Shown in pieces: positions 21,834-33,572 of a stretch of DNA of 64,000 bases. A program made the position numbers and the translations under genes. The DNA lies in contig OZ025675.1 in assembly GCA_964019335.1 (NCBI GenBank), positions 186,001-250,000 of the forward strand, read 5' to 3'. Numbering within the stretch: the first letter of the stretch is position 1; every line of letters starts with the position of its first letter. Origin of the DNA: Diplonema japonicum. Lineage: Eukaryota > Protista > Euglenozoa: Diplonemea. The notes beneath the pieces were generated by a model. It did not search any database and had not been told where the DNA came from. It worked only from the letters and a program-made list of their open reading frames with translations.

Positions 21834-24251
21834 TCACCACATGGTTGTTTGTGGATAAGACATGACTGCATGCTGCTCTGCGATGTTTCTTGCTGCCCAG
21901 ACTTGGAGATCGGTCGGGCGCTTGATAGGGGCAACTGTCTGATTCGACTCAGGGTGTGCAATAATCTCCTGCAGTGCATGAGCCACAGGATCCGCCATCT
22001 CTGCCTCCTCAAGCTGGTACATCCACTCCTCCTCCTTCACCCTCACCTCCTTCCCAACCTCATGGACAATAAACGGCCTCCGTGCTCCATCTATCCTCAG
22101 CAACGTGGCAGCATAAAACTCGTACTTGCCATATATTCCTTCAACTACTGCGGGGGACACCAAGGTGATGGTGCGGCTTAGAGCCTTCCCAGTGACATCG
22201 GCCGCAGCAGAGATCCCTTTCAACTCCGGCAAGCATGCACCATTCATCCCGAAACCCTTGTGCGTTGCGGACCCGAGGTTCCCTGCAGTGAACTCCCCGT
22301 GGACCACAGCCATAGACGATACTGAAATTGAACATGCTGCGTCAGCAAAAGACTTGCAAAAGGAGACAGCACGGGTTTTCGACTCAGAGCAGCGGAGCCC
22401 TACATTCCATGTGAGGGTGAAGACAAGAGGGTCAGAGACTGAGAACCCATGGGCGAGCCCTCGGGTACACTGCGCCGTCTCATGTATCATCTCGACAAGC
22501 TTCCCAAACTTATCACAGTAATTCGAGCTTTCGTATATTGTTGACGAAATAGACAGCATCACCACAGTGCCTCTGTAGCTCTGAAGCTGCATCGAGAGGT
22601 TCTGCCCTGCTGGCTTATGTTTGCCCGATTCCCTGCTATCGCTTAGTTGGCTGTCATTCATCTTATCCTCCTCTGGGTCGTCAACGAACAAGGTGTTCGG
22701 AAGAAAGGCCTTGTACTCCCTCAGACTATTGATCGCCATGAGTAACCCATCAGTGACACGGGCCACCTCCTGCACCATGATAGGTTTGTACATCGCATTC
22801 ATGTGTGCCTCAGCCCCATCAAGCTCCATCGTCTCCAGATATTGGTTCCCAACAACAAGCCTCCCCAGTGGACGGGCGATCAGAACAATCTCCAAATAAG
22901 CAATGATAAGGTCGACCACGAAGATCACAACAGAGGCGATGATGAGCTGCACCAGTGCCGCGTACACCTTGTCGTTCACAGAGGACACAGTGCGCATCCA
23001 GAGAAGCTCGAAAGTGGTGTCAGAGGCGGTGTAGACATGGGTGAGACGCAGGAAGTACTCCCCGCCGTCCAGTGACACATCAACGAAGTAGTCCTTCTTG
23101 TACAATGGGGTGGTCTTGTTCACATCAGAAGCAGCGAAGTATTCCCCGTACTGAATGTGAACCGGAAAATGTGTGGAGGAAAGATCTGCGGTGAAGAAGG
23201 TCCCTCGGGGTCGGACCTTGGAGGAATTCACAGCACCGGAAACAGTGGGGCCGAGGTCATTGGGGTGCATCATGCAGTCTTGGCCCACGAAATCCGCACA
23301 GTTGAAGCAAATCGTGTAGCATTCAAACTTGATGGCAGGTCCGTTGTAAATGGTGTGTGCAAAGACTTGACCCAGGTGGGAATCCAGTGCCACCAGTTCG
23401 ATGTTTGCTGTTTCGAACTCACGGACAACAGATGTCCAGGGGCGGAACATGAAGAAGCCCATCATGACCAAATTGTACCTCCCATCGGCCCACGGGAGGT
23501 TGTAGCGGACGCGGTAGGCATTGTAGGCATAAGGGGACCCGTCCACAGCATTCCAAAAGTAGGTCGGGGACCAGATCCCGTTGTAAGGAGTCTCGACCTG
23601 CATCCATGTCATGAGCCCCTTCACGTCCTCAATGCTGTGCGAGTGGATCACATCGGGTGCATAGACACCTGTGTCGTTGTTCAATGCGGTGTAGAACCTT
23701 TTGTGTTCCTTTGTGATGGGATCGAAGCTTGGCACGCCTTCTATCACGGTGTCTCCTACTACGTACGATGCCAACCAGTACTTTGCCTCGTTGCCGTCGG
23801 AGTCAAGAATGGGGTCGTACCAAACAGCCTGCCTGCTATATCCCTCCGGGTCCTCCCATGGAGGGACGCACCCTGTGCATGACGCGTTCGACCCATACTG
23901 TGTCTTTGCCATGAAGTACCCAGTCCCGTAGCCGTACTCTGTGGAACGGAGTGACGCGAACGCCTGTGATGTGTAGATGTCGTTCACGTGCTTCATCCCC
24001 AGCGACACGTTCATTATGTCGTCCCTGCTGAAGGACAGGATCCCCTCATGTGTTGTTGCCTTCACATCCTCCAGCATTCCAGCAAACCGAAGCCTTGCAC
24101 TCTTCGACGCCACAGCACTGTTCTCTTCCACAGCAGAGCGAAGGACCGAGATACTCTCTTGGTACAGTAGATACCCTGCCAGGAGGGAGATGAAGGTGGA
24201 CACAATCGTTGAGACGAAGATGATCAGCTTCGATGGGACGTGGAGCGGCAT
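21834..24251 (-). CDS. Two-TM receptor pseudo-adenylate cyclase, copy 4 (805 aa)
   Basis: Full ORF; ectodomain B, tail R. Confidence 0.92.
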   Translation of the reverse strand: MPLHVPSKLIIFVSTIVSTFISLLAGYLLYQESISVLRSAVEENSAVASKSARLRFAGMLEDVKATTHEGILSFSRDDIMNVSLGMKHVNDIYTSQAFASLRSTEYGYGTGYFMAKTQYGSNASCTGCVPPWEDPEGYSRQAVWYDPILDSDGNEAKYWLASYVVGDTVIEGVPSFDPITKEHKRFYTALNNDTGVYAPDVIHSHSIEDVKGLMTWMQVETPYNGIWSPTYFWNAVDGSPYAYNAYRVRYNLPWADGRYNLVMMGFFMFRPWTSVVREFETANIELVALDSHLGQVFAHTIYNGPAIKFECYTICFNCADFVGQDCMMHPNDLGPTVSGAVNSSKVRPRGTFFTADLSSTHFPVHIQYGEYFAASDVNKTTPLYKKDYFVDVSLDGGEYFLRLTHVYTASDTTFELLWMRTVSSVNDKVYAALVQLIIASVVIFVVDLIIAYLEIVLIARPLGRLVVGNQYLETMELDGAEAHMNAMYKPIMVQEVARVTDGLLMAINSLREYKAFLPNTLFVDDPEEDKMNDSQLSDSRESGKHKPAGQNLSMQLQSYRGTVVMLSISSTIYESSNYCDKFGKLVEMIHETAQCTRGLAHGFSVSDPLVFTLTWNVGLRCSESKTRAVSFCKSFADAACSISVSSMAVVHGEFTAGNLGSATHKGFGMNGACLPELKGISAAADVTGKALSRTITLVSPAVVEGIYGKYEFYAATLLRIDGARRPFIVHEVGKEVRVKEEEWMYQLEEAEMADPVAHALQEIIAHPESNQTVAPIKRPTDLQVWAARNIAEQHAVMSYPQTTMW

Positions 24252-24576
24252 TTTTTATTTTACCTCCCACCTCCCTTCTGCCGTGCAACGAAAGTGAGAT
24301 GAAGGTGGGGGGGGGGGGGGGAAAGGTGAAGAAGATGCCTCTTGGAAAAGAAGGATAAAATAAGATGAGGAAGGTATAAAATGTAGAGGAAGGGTGGGGG
24401 TTACGTAAGGCTAGCATCCCAATATACTTCTTCGTTTCGAGGTAGATGTAGCTAAAGTTGGGTATTGGGAACGAAATTCCCCCATTAATGAAGTTTCTCA
24501 AAAAGACCTCCGCTCCTTAGGTCGTCTTGCTGGCAATCAGCCAAAATTATAGTTTAAAAAGCGGTATGCCACCTAA

Positions 24577-24758
24577 GGCTATGCTGGCAGGAAACGTGGA
24601 AACGTTTCCGTTCCCGTTTCCATACTTTTCAAAATTCTTATGGAAACGCGTTTCCTTCTTAAGGAAACATAAGGAAACGTTTCCGTTTCCGTTTCCGTAT
24701 CTGTTTCCTTTTTTTTCAAAAAATGCATATGGAAACGCGTTTCCATGCCAGCATAGAC
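24577..24758. mobile_element. GGC-ended MITE, GGAAAC family, copy 3
   Basis: Near-identical to 11191-11363; CTAA on both sides; absent from the paralogous site near 29688. Confidence 0.85.
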
Positions 24759-24984
24759 CTAAGGGGGCCTGCAGTGCTTCGATAACGCTCTATATCTCCA
24801 AACCAAGGCGCTGTCGGAGAATTTAGGAAATATCTATTGGACAGACGCAGGGGAGATATCGCATACGGTGTAGTTTTCGTTATCAAGCGTAGCTTTCGTT
24901 TTCCGAGCGTTCTCTGTGTTGTGGACTGCAGTTCCCGCAAGCGCGAAGTTCTCTTAAGCAATTCGTGGATTTGAGTTCTTTTGC

Positions 24985-26296
24985 TTGGCCTAAAAGGCCC
25001 ATTTTCCTGAAAACCCAATTCTTAACACTTGCCTGCTCAACATCGGTATCTTTGGGGCCAAATATGCATTCTCTACCCATCTGCTGAGGTTTGTCATTTT
25101 TTTTCCTACTCATAACAAATTAAAAATTGAGAAGTTGCTTTAAAGGGCCCTTAAGGGATTTTTAGCCTAAAATGGGCATTGTAGCCTAAAATAATAATTT
25201 TAACCACTAAAGGACCATGAGGACATATGTGTCCTTAAGAAAAATTATCTTTTCTATGTGACACTTTTTGTGCCACACAGCCCCTGGACTTTACTAAGAC
25301 CCATTGTTAGGCCAGCAAACAAATCTCACGCCATGACAGAGTCATGCGGCAGAGTTCGGACAGCATCCGGTTCCTCTTGTGGCACGGCCGTACTGAACCC
25401 GTGTTAACCTTCGGCTTTGCTTATAATTTTGCTTTTAATCTCTACGACTTTGCCTATAGTATGAAGTTCACCTCAAGGCTGTGCTAAAAATCAAAAAAAA
25501 ACAATTTTACACCTGCAAAACGTGCAATGTTGCCCTGTGCCCTGAGTGCTTTGAGATTTTTCATACAAAAAATGACATGATAAAATACCGACAATTCTGG
25601 GGACGCTTGAAAAAAAAATCCTCAAGGGCGTTCAGCGTCCGCCAGGACCCAATGTTGGAAGAAAATCGACATCTGTAGAAGAAAAAAAAAGTGAGGGAGG
25701 CTGTCCTCCGCCCAAGCGCCCTCGAGTGGGTTGAGCAAAGTCGCTCGTGATGCTCAGTACTTTGTCGTATATTTCCTCTCCCGACCCCGTATGAACACTA
25801 AGTAAGCCCCCCTGCATAGAAATAAACTGTTTTTTTTACCCCCTGGGTCACGTGGTTTTTAAAGGGTATAGTGTACTTTCCTATGGTTAAACTCTCGCAT
25901 TTTCTTTTCCCGGGTTCATAAATACTTTTTTCGCCAAAACCCCCGGTCCTTTAGTGGTTAATAGTGATAAAGAGCCCAAACCACCCAAAATGACCCCTTA
26001 AGTTTCACAGATTTCCCATCTGCGTCCATTTCTTCCCGCTTTCTATTGAAGAAAACAAAAAGAATTATGGGGCCTAGGTCGTTTACAATTTCCGAATGCA
26101 AAAAAAAGCATGTTTTTGCACGCGCGTTTTAGAAATGAAACACACGGCGCGCATTGTGACCTATATGGTGAACACACTTAGACCGCAATTCTGCACACAA
26201 CGTGGTGTCGGACTACTTTTGTACTCAGAAATCTTCCGAGGATTTTCCGTTTCAAAAGAGGGTCATTTGTTGAATTTCTTTTCCGAACGAGCTCAT
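24985..26296. mobile_element. Inverted partial copy of the 15555-16557 element, interrupted by piggyBac
   Basis: Reverse complement of 15555-16125; right TIR ..TTCCGAACGAGCTCA followed by TA. Confidence 0.75.
25204..25957 (+). mobile_element. Non-autonomous piggyBac element with Cys-rich domain remnant
   Basis: TTAA on both sides, TIR CCACTAAAGGACC; FYTCKTCNVALCPECFEIFH resembles the piggyBac transposase C-terminal Cys-rich domain. Confidence 0.85.
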
Positions 26297-26885
26297 ATAT
26301 TAATAATGAATTGTTAGTGCTAAAAAAGAGTATGGCTGTGCACAAAAAAACAACAATCAACCGAAAAATAGCAATTTTCTCTTGCTTTATCCAGCAGACG
26401 GTTCAGATGTTACAACTTTTATTTTGTTTTGCCTCTCTTTGTAACCAGGGAGGAGAAAGAAAAATAGTAATTATGGAACGAGGCAAAGTCTAGCAAGATT
26501 GTCAGGGAGGGAGGGAGGGAATCGATATTCGTTAATTTCTTCCCTGTAAAATTAGAGAGTTAAGATTTGAAGAAGCGCATTCAGTTTGAAAAAAAAGGGG
26601 GGGGGGTTGCAAGTTCCTTTTAAAATATTAGCGTACATAACAAAGGGGGGTAAAACCAAAACGGATTTTATCAGAAACTAGGGAAAGAAACGTAAAGAAG
26701 AAGAAAAACTATGTTCATATATTCTTCGTCGCGTGCGGGTTAGATAGAGCACAGACCCGGTTTCGTCCCTTACGAGGGAGAAAGGAAGGTAGCTTTGCTT
26801 CAGGAAGTATATCGAATTTCTTTTTTAATCTTTATTCCAACAGAACGTAGATTCTGATTACGGTTTAAATATTTCGAACACTTTC

Positions 26886-29327
26886 CTACCACATGGCCGT
26901 GTGTGAATAAGAAATCACTGTACGTTGCTCTGCGATGTTTCTTGCTGCCCAGACTTGGAGATCGGTCGGATTCTTGATAGGGGCAACTGTCTGATTCGAC
27001 TCGGGGTGTGCAATAATCTCCTGCAGTGCATGAGCCACAGGATCCGTCACCTTTGCCTCCTCAAGCTGGTACATCCACTCCTCCTCCTTCACCCTCACCT
27101 CCTTCCCAACCTCATGGACAATAAACGGCTTCTTCATCCCATCTATCCTCAGCAATGTGGCAGCAAATAGCTCAAACTTGCCAGTCGCCGCTTCAACTAC
27201 TGCGGGGGATACCAAGGTGATGGTGCGGTTTAGAGCCTTCCCAGTGACATCGGCCGCAGCAGAGATCCCTTTCAACTCCGGCAAGCATGCACCATTCATC
27301 CCGAAACCCTTGTGCGTTGCGGACCCGAGGTTCCCTGCAGTGAACTCCCCGTGGACCACAGCCATGGACGATACTGAAATTGAACATGCTGCGTCAGCAA
27401 AAGACTTGCAAAAGGAGACAGCACGGGTTTTCGACTCAGAGCAGCGGAGCCCTACATTCCATGTGAGGGTGAAGACAAGAGGGTCAGAGACTGAGAACCC
27501 ATGGGCGAGCCCTCGGGTACACTGCGCCGTCTCTTGAATCATCTCGACAAGCTGCCCAAACTTATCACAGTAATCCGGGCTTTGGCATATTGCTGACGAA
27601 ATAGACAGTCTCACCACAGTGCCTCTGTAGCTCTGAAGCTGCATCGAGAGGTTCTGCCCTGCTGGCGGCTTATGTTTGCTCGACATTGACTGGCTCTCGG
27701 TTCGGTGATTGGAGCTTTGTTGGCTTTCACTCATCCCCTCTTCTTCTTCTGTGTCGCCAACGAACAAGGTGTTCGGAAGAAAGGCCTTGTACTCCCTCAG
27801 ACCCTTGATCGCCATGATCAAGCCATCAGTGACACAGGCCACCTCCTGCACCATGATAGGTTTGTACATCGCATTCATGTGTGCCTCAGCCCCATCAAGC
27901 TCCATCGTCTCCAGATATTGATTCCCAACAACAAGCCTCCCCAGTGGACGGGCGATCAGAACAATCTCCAAATAAGCAATGATAAGGTCAACCACGAAGA
28001 TCACAACAGAGGCGATGATGAGCTGCACCAGTGCCGCGTACACCTTGTCGTTCACAGAGGACACGGAACGCATCCAGAGAAGCTCGAAAGTGGTGCCAGA
28101 GGCGGTGTAGACATGGGTGAGACGCAGGAAGTACTCCCCGCCGTCCAGTGACACATCAACGAAGTAGTCCTTCTTGTACAATGGGGTGGTCTTGTTCACA
28201 TCAGAAGCAGCGAAGTATTCCCCGTACTGAATGTGAACCGGAAAATGTGTGGAGGAAAGATCTGCGGTGAAGAAGGTCCCTCGGGGTCGGACCTTGGAGG
28301 AATTCACAGCACCGGAAACAGTGGGGCCGAGGTCAATGGGGTGCATCATGCAGTCTTGGCCTGCGAAATCCGCACAGCTGAAGCAAATCGTGTAGCATTC
28401 AAACCTGATGGCAGGTCCGCTGTAAATAGTGTGTGCAAAGACTTGACCCAGGTAGGGGTCCAGTGCCACCAGTTCGGTGTTTGCTGTTTCGAACTCACGG
28501 ATAACAGCTGTCCAGGGGCGGAACATGAAGAAGCCCATCATGACCAAATTGTACCTCCCATCGGCCCACGGGAGGTTGTAGCGGACGCGGTAGGCATTGT
28601 AGGCATAAGGGGACCCGTCCACAGCATTCCAGAAGTAGGTCGGGGACCAGGTCCCGTTGTAGGTGGTCTCGACCTGCATCCATGTCATGAGCCCCTTCAC
28701 GTCCTCAATGCTGTACGAGTGGATCACATCAGGTGCATAGACACCTGTGTCGTTGTTCAATGCGGTGTAGAACTTCTTGTGTTCCTTTGTGATGGGATCG
28801 AAGCTTGGCACGCCTTCTATCACGGTGTCTCCTACTACGTACGATGCCAACCAGTACTTTGCCTCGTTGCCGTCGGAGTCAAGAATGGGGTCGTACCAAA
28901 CAGACTGCCTGCTATATCCCTCCGGGTCCTCCCATGGAGGGACGCACCCTGTGCATGACGCGTTCGACCCATACTGTGTCTTTGCCATGAAGTACCCAGT
29001 TGCGTAGCCGTACTCTGTGGAACGGAGTGACGCGAACGCCTGTGATGTGTAGATGTCGTTCACGTGCTTCATCCCCAGCGACACGTTCATTATGTCGTCC
29101 CTGCTGAAGGACAGGATCCCCTCATGTGTTGTTGCCTTCACATCCTCCAGCATCCCTGCCAGCCGAAGCCTTGCACTCTTCGACGCCGCTGCACTGTTCT
29201 CTTCCACAGCAGAGCGAAGGACCGAGATACTCTCTTGGTACAGTAGATACCCTGCTAGGAGGGAGATGAAGGTGGACACAATCGTTGAGACGAAGATGAT
29301 CAACTTCGATGGGACGTGGAGAGGCAT
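26886..29327 (-). CDS. Two-TM receptor pseudo-adenylate cyclase, copy 5 (813 aa)
   Basis: Full ORF; ectodomain B, tail R. Confidence 0.92.
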   Translation of the reverse strand: MPLHVPSKLIIFVSTIVSTFISLLAGYLLYQESISVLRSAVEENSAAASKSARLRLAGMLEDVKATTHEGILSFSRDDIMNVSLGMKHVNDIYTSQAFASLRSTEYGYATGYFMAKTQYGSNASCTGCVPPWEDPEGYSRQSVWYDPILDSDGNEAKYWLASYVVGDTVIEGVPSFDPITKEHKKFYTALNNDTGVYAPDVIHSYSIEDVKGLMTWMQVETTYNGTWSPTYFWNAVDGSPYAYNAYRVRYNLPWADGRYNLVMMGFFMFRPWTAVIREFETANTELVALDPYLGQVFAHTIYSGPAIRFECYTICFSCADFAGQDCMMHPIDLGPTVSGAVNSSKVRPRGTFFTADLSSTHFPVHIQYGEYFAASDVNKTTPLYKKDYFVDVSLDGGEYFLRLTHVYTASGTTFELLWMRSVSSVNDKVYAALVQLIIASVVIFVVDLIIAYLEIVLIARPLGRLVVGNQYLETMELDGAEAHMNAMYKPIMVQEVACVTDGLIMAIKGLREYKAFLPNTLFVGDTEEEEGMSESQQSSNHRTESQSMSSKHKPPAGQNLSMQLQSYRGTVVRLSISSAICQSPDYCDKFGQLVEMIQETAQCTRGLAHGFSVSDPLVFTLTWNVGLRCSESKTRAVSFCKSFADAACSISVSSMAVVHGEFTAGNLGSATHKGFGMNGACLPELKGISAAADVTGKALNRTITLVSPAVVEAATGKFELFAATLLRIDGMKKPFIVHEVGKEVRVKEEEWMYQLEEAKVTDPVAHALQEIIAHPESNQTVAPIKNPTDLQVWAARNIAEQRTVISYSHTAMW

Positions 29328-30228
29328 TTTATTTTACCTCCCTTCTGCCGTGCAACGAAAGTGAGAGATGAAGGTTGGGGGGGGGGGGGGAGGAAAGGTG
29401 AAGAAGATGCCTCTTGGAAAAGAAGGATAAACAAGATGGGGAAGGTATAAAATGTAGAGGAAGGGTGAGGGGGGGTTGCGTAGGGCATCCCGGGAAATAA
29501 ATTCAAAAAATGACCCCTTTTCTTCTTTCGGCCTCGAGTGGAACGAGCCACCTTTTCATTTCGAGGTTGATGCAGCTAGAGTTGGGTTTTGGGAGCGAAA
29601 CTCCCTCATTAATGAAGTTTCTCAAAAAAGACGGGGTGGTCTTACCGGCAATCAGCCAAAATAATAGCTCGACGAGGATTATGCCACGGGGCCTGCGGTT
29701 TTACAGTGCTTTTAATTGTAATCTAATTTAAATAAATTCGATAATGAATCTGAGAAAAATCTACTGGACGGACGCAGGGGAGATAGCATACGGTGTAGTT
29801 TTCATTTCTCTGTGTTGTGGACCGCAGTTCTCGAAGTGCGAAGTTCTCTTTCAACAGTTCGTGGATATGACTGGCTGTGCACAAACAACACTCAACTGAC
29901 TCCTTTTTTTGAATAATAGCAATTTTATCTGGCTTTATCCAGCAGACAGTTCAGGTGTCCACAATTTTTATTTTGTTTTGCCTCTCTTTGTAACCAGGGA
30001 GGAAAAAGAAAAAAGTAATTATGGAACGAGCAGCAAGATTATCAGGGAGGGAGGGAGGGAAAGAAGCGTTACTTGAGCAAATATACTCTTCTTTTCTTCT
30101 ACCGTTCAGAGGGTCTGCCTGTCATAGATTTCTCCAAGAGAGCTGTTTAGGCAAAGAAAAAAAAAGAATAATCTTTATTCCAACAGAACGTAGATTCTGA
30201 TTACGGTTTAAATATTTCGAACACTTTC

Positions 30229-32673
30229 CTACCACATGGCCGTGTGTGAATAAGAAATCACTGTACGTTGCTCTGCGATGTTTCTTGCTGCCCAGACTTG
30301 GAGATCGGTCGGATTCTTGATAGGGGCAACTGTCTGATTCGACTCGGGGTGTGCAATAATCTCCTGCAGTGCATGAGCCACAGGATCCGTCACCTTTGCC
30401 TCCTCAAGCTGGTACATCCACTCCTCCTCCTTCACCCTCACCTCCTTCCCAACCTCATGGACAATAAACGGCTTCTTCATCCCATCTATCCTCAGCAATG
30501 TGGCAGCAAATAGCTCAAACTTGCCAGTCGCCGCTTCAACTACTGCGGGGGATACCAAGGTGATGGTGCGGTTTAGAGCCTTCCCAGTGACATCGGCCGC
30601 AGCAGAGATCCCTTTCAACTCCGGCAAGCATGCACCATTCATCCCGAAACCCTTGTGCGTTGCGGACCCGAGGTTCCCTGCAGTGAACTCCCCGTGGACC
30701 ACAGCCATGGACGATACTGAAATTGAACATGCTGCGTCAGCAAAAGACTTGCAAAAGGAGACAGCACGGGTTTTCGACTCAGAGCAGCGGAGCCCTACAT
30801 TCCATGTGAGGGTGAAGACAAGAGGGTCAGAGACTGAGAACCCATGGGCGAGCCCTCGGGTACACTGCGCCGTCTCTTGAATCATCTCGACAAGCTGCCC
30901 AAACTTATCACAGTAATCCGGGCTTTGGCATATTGCTGACGAAATAGACAGTCTCACCACAGTGCCTCTGTAGCTCTGAAGCTGCATCGAGAGGTTCTGC
31001 CCTGCTGGCGGCTTATGTTTGCTCGACATTGACTGGCTCTCGGTTCGGTGATTGGAGCTTTGTTGGCTTTCACTCATCCCCACTTCTTCTTCTTTTTCTG
31101 TGTCGTCATCAACGAACAAGGTGTTCGGGAGGTACGCCTTGTACTCCCTCAGACCCTCGATCGCCATGATCAAGCCATCAGTGACACAGGCCACCTCCTG
31201 CACCATGATAGGTTTGTACATCGCATTCATGTGTGCCTCAGCTCTATCAAGATCCATCGTCTCCAGATATTGGTTCCCAACAACAAGCCTCCCCAGTGGA
31301 CGGGCGATCAGAACAATCTCCAACACAGCAATGATAAGGTCGACACCGAAGATCACAACAGAGGCGATGATGAGCTGCACCAGTGCCGCGTACACCTTGT
31401 CGTTCACAGAGGACACGGAACGCATCCAGAGAAGCTCGAAAGTGGTGTCAGAGGCGGTGTAGACATGGGTGAGTCGCAGGAAGTACTCCCCGCCGTCCAG
31501 TGACACATCAACGAAGTAGTCCTTCTTGTACAATGGGGTGGTCTTGTTCACATCAGAAGCAGCGAAGTACTTCCCGTACCGGATGTGAACCGGCAAATGT
31601 GTGGAGGAAAGATCTGCGGTGAAGAAGGTCCCTCGGGGTCGGACCTTGGAGGAATTCACAGCATCGGCCACAGAGGGGCCAAGGTCATTGGGGTGCATCA
31701 TGCAGTTTTCACCAATAAAGTCACCACAGGTGAAGCAAATCGAGTAGCATTCAAACTTGATGGCAGGTCCACTGTAAATGGTGTGTGCAAAAACCTGACC
31801 CAGGTTGGAGTCGAGAGCCACTAGCTCGGTGTTTTCTGTCTTGAACTCGCGGATGATGGCTGTCCAGGGGTGGAATATGAAGAAACCCATCATGAGCAAG
31901 ATGTACCTCTCGTTGTTCCACACCATGTTGTGGGTGGCGCGGTAGCCGAAGTAAGCATAAGGGGACCCGTCCACAGCGGTCCAAAAGTAGACTGGGGACC
32001 AGGTAGTGTTGATACCGCTTTTCATCCATGCCATAAGCCCCTCCACAGGCTCGATCATGTGGGAGTGACTTACATCGGGTGCATAGACACCTGTGTTGTT
32101 GTTCAAGGCGGTGGTGAACTTCTTGTGCTCCTTTGTGATGGGATTGAAGGCTGGTGTTTCTTGCACCACTGTGTCGCCCAGCACGTACGATGCCCACCAG
32201 AACTTTGCATCGTTGCCGTCGGAGTCAAGAATGGGGTCGTACCAGATAGACTGCCTGCCATATCCCTCCGGGTCCTCCCATGGAGGGACGCACCCTGTGC
32301 ACGACGCGTTCGACCCATACTGTTGCTTTGCAAAGACGGCCGCAGTCCCGTAGCCGTACTCTGTGGAACGGAGTGCTGCGAACGCTTGCGACTGATAAAT
32401 GTCGTTCACGTACCTAATGCCCAGTGACACGTTCATTATGTCGTCCCTGTTGAAGGACAGGAACCCCTCATCTGTGGATGCCTTCACATCGTCCAGCATC
32501 CCAGCAAGCCGCAGCCTCGCACTCTTCGATGCCGCTGCACTGTTCTCTTCCACAGCAGAGCGAAGGACCGAGATACTCTCTTGGTACAGTAGATACCCTG
32601 CCAGGAGGGAGATGAAGGTGGACACAATCGTTGAGACGAAGATGATCAGCTTCGATGGGACGTGGAGCGGCAT
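30229..32673 (-). CDS. Two-TM receptor pseudo-adenylate cyclase, copy 6 (814 aa)
   Basis: Full ORF; diverged ectodomain B', tail R identical to copy 5. Confidence 0.92.
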   Translation of the reverse strand: MPLHVPSKLIIFVSTIVSTFISLLAGYLLYQESISVLRSAVEENSAAASKSARLRLAGMLDDVKASTDEGFLSFNRDDIMNVSLGIRYVNDIYQSQAFAALRSTEYGYGTAAVFAKQQYGSNASCTGCVPPWEDPEGYGRQSIWYDPILDSDGNDAKFWWASYVLGDTVVQETPAFNPITKEHKKFTTALNNNTGVYAPDVSHSHMIEPVEGLMAWMKSGINTTWSPVYFWTAVDGSPYAYFGYRATHNMVWNNERYILLMMGFFIFHPWTAIIREFKTENTELVALDSNLGQVFAHTIYSGPAIKFECYSICFTCGDFIGENCMMHPNDLGPSVADAVNSSKVRPRGTFFTADLSSTHLPVHIRYGKYFAASDVNKTTPLYKKDYFVDVSLDGGEYFLRLTHVYTASDTTFELLWMRSVSSVNDKVYAALVQLIIASVVIFGVDLIIAVLEIVLIARPLGRLVVGNQYLETMDLDRAEAHMNAMYKPIMVQEVACVTDGLIMAIEGLREYKAYLPNTLFVDDDTEKEEEVGMSESQQSSNHRTESQSMSSKHKPPAGQNLSMQLQSYRGTVVRLSISSAICQSPDYCDKFGQLVEMIQETAQCTRGLAHGFSVSDPLVFTLTWNVGLRCSESKTRAVSFCKSFADAACSISVSSMAVVHGEFTAGNLGSATHKGFGMNGACLPELKGISAAADVTGKALNRTITLVSPAVVEAATGKFELFAATLLRIDGMKKPFIVHEVGKEVRVKEEEWMYQLEEAKVTDPVAHALQEIIAHPESNQTVAPIKNPTDLQVWAARNIAEQRTVISYSHTAMW

Positions 32674-33572
32674 CTTCCTGCTTCTCCTGTTAACCTGATT
32701 TCTCTTTTATTTATTTTTCCTTTTTTTTCCTTACACCCTGGGACTCGGAACTAGAACGTAAAAAAATAAAAAGGCGATGTTCTTGTTTTTTTTTTTTTTT
32801 TTTTTTTTTTTTTGCAAGAACGAGTCTTTGACTTGTCTAAACAAAAGGGGAACGTTGGCAACGTGTTTCGGGTTGACAAACTTCTTCAGGTTTTACCCGG
32901 CACGTACAGTCCAGTTCCTCTTTCTTTTTTTTAACCAGGACGGGGGTTTTTGGGCAAAAAAAGGGTCACTATCGACCTTTTTATATTCTAAAGGAGGGGC
33001 AAAAAACACCCGCAGACGCCCCTCAAAGGCCCTGAGAAGTGAATAGAATAAGGAATTGGGGCTCCTAAAGGGGGTAGACTGGGGTGGGTAAATTTCACGT
33101 TCGTGATAGTCTTAAAAAATGTTGACAAGCCTTGCAGATAAGATTGTTTGCAGCCCAGAACACGCATTTGGTGAGCGCATTGTCATGCTGCATCCACTCC
33201 AATTTCTTGGCCCAGTGGCCTTTGGTGAAGTCGCACTTGGCATCTTTCCTGGCCCCCTCGGTTCCCATTGCAGAATGGGCGGTTGTTTCCTGACTCATCG
33301 CGGACCCTTTTCTACTTGCTTCTTCACTGGGGAAGAAAAATGGTAGTAGGGTAGACCGAGGCTCTCAACAAAAAATATCACACACCTTGAAACGGACTAA
33401 CCCCTGAGAGGACTCCTTCTCCTCCTAGATCCCACCCCCCCTCTGTGAATATATTTCCCTTATTTTGATCACTATTTCTGGTGTCACATTTTCGGATTCC
33501 CATTGCTGATGACGCTGTTGAAAATATGAAACCTTAACTAAACTTATACTCAGAAGTTATTTTCTCGAGGCC

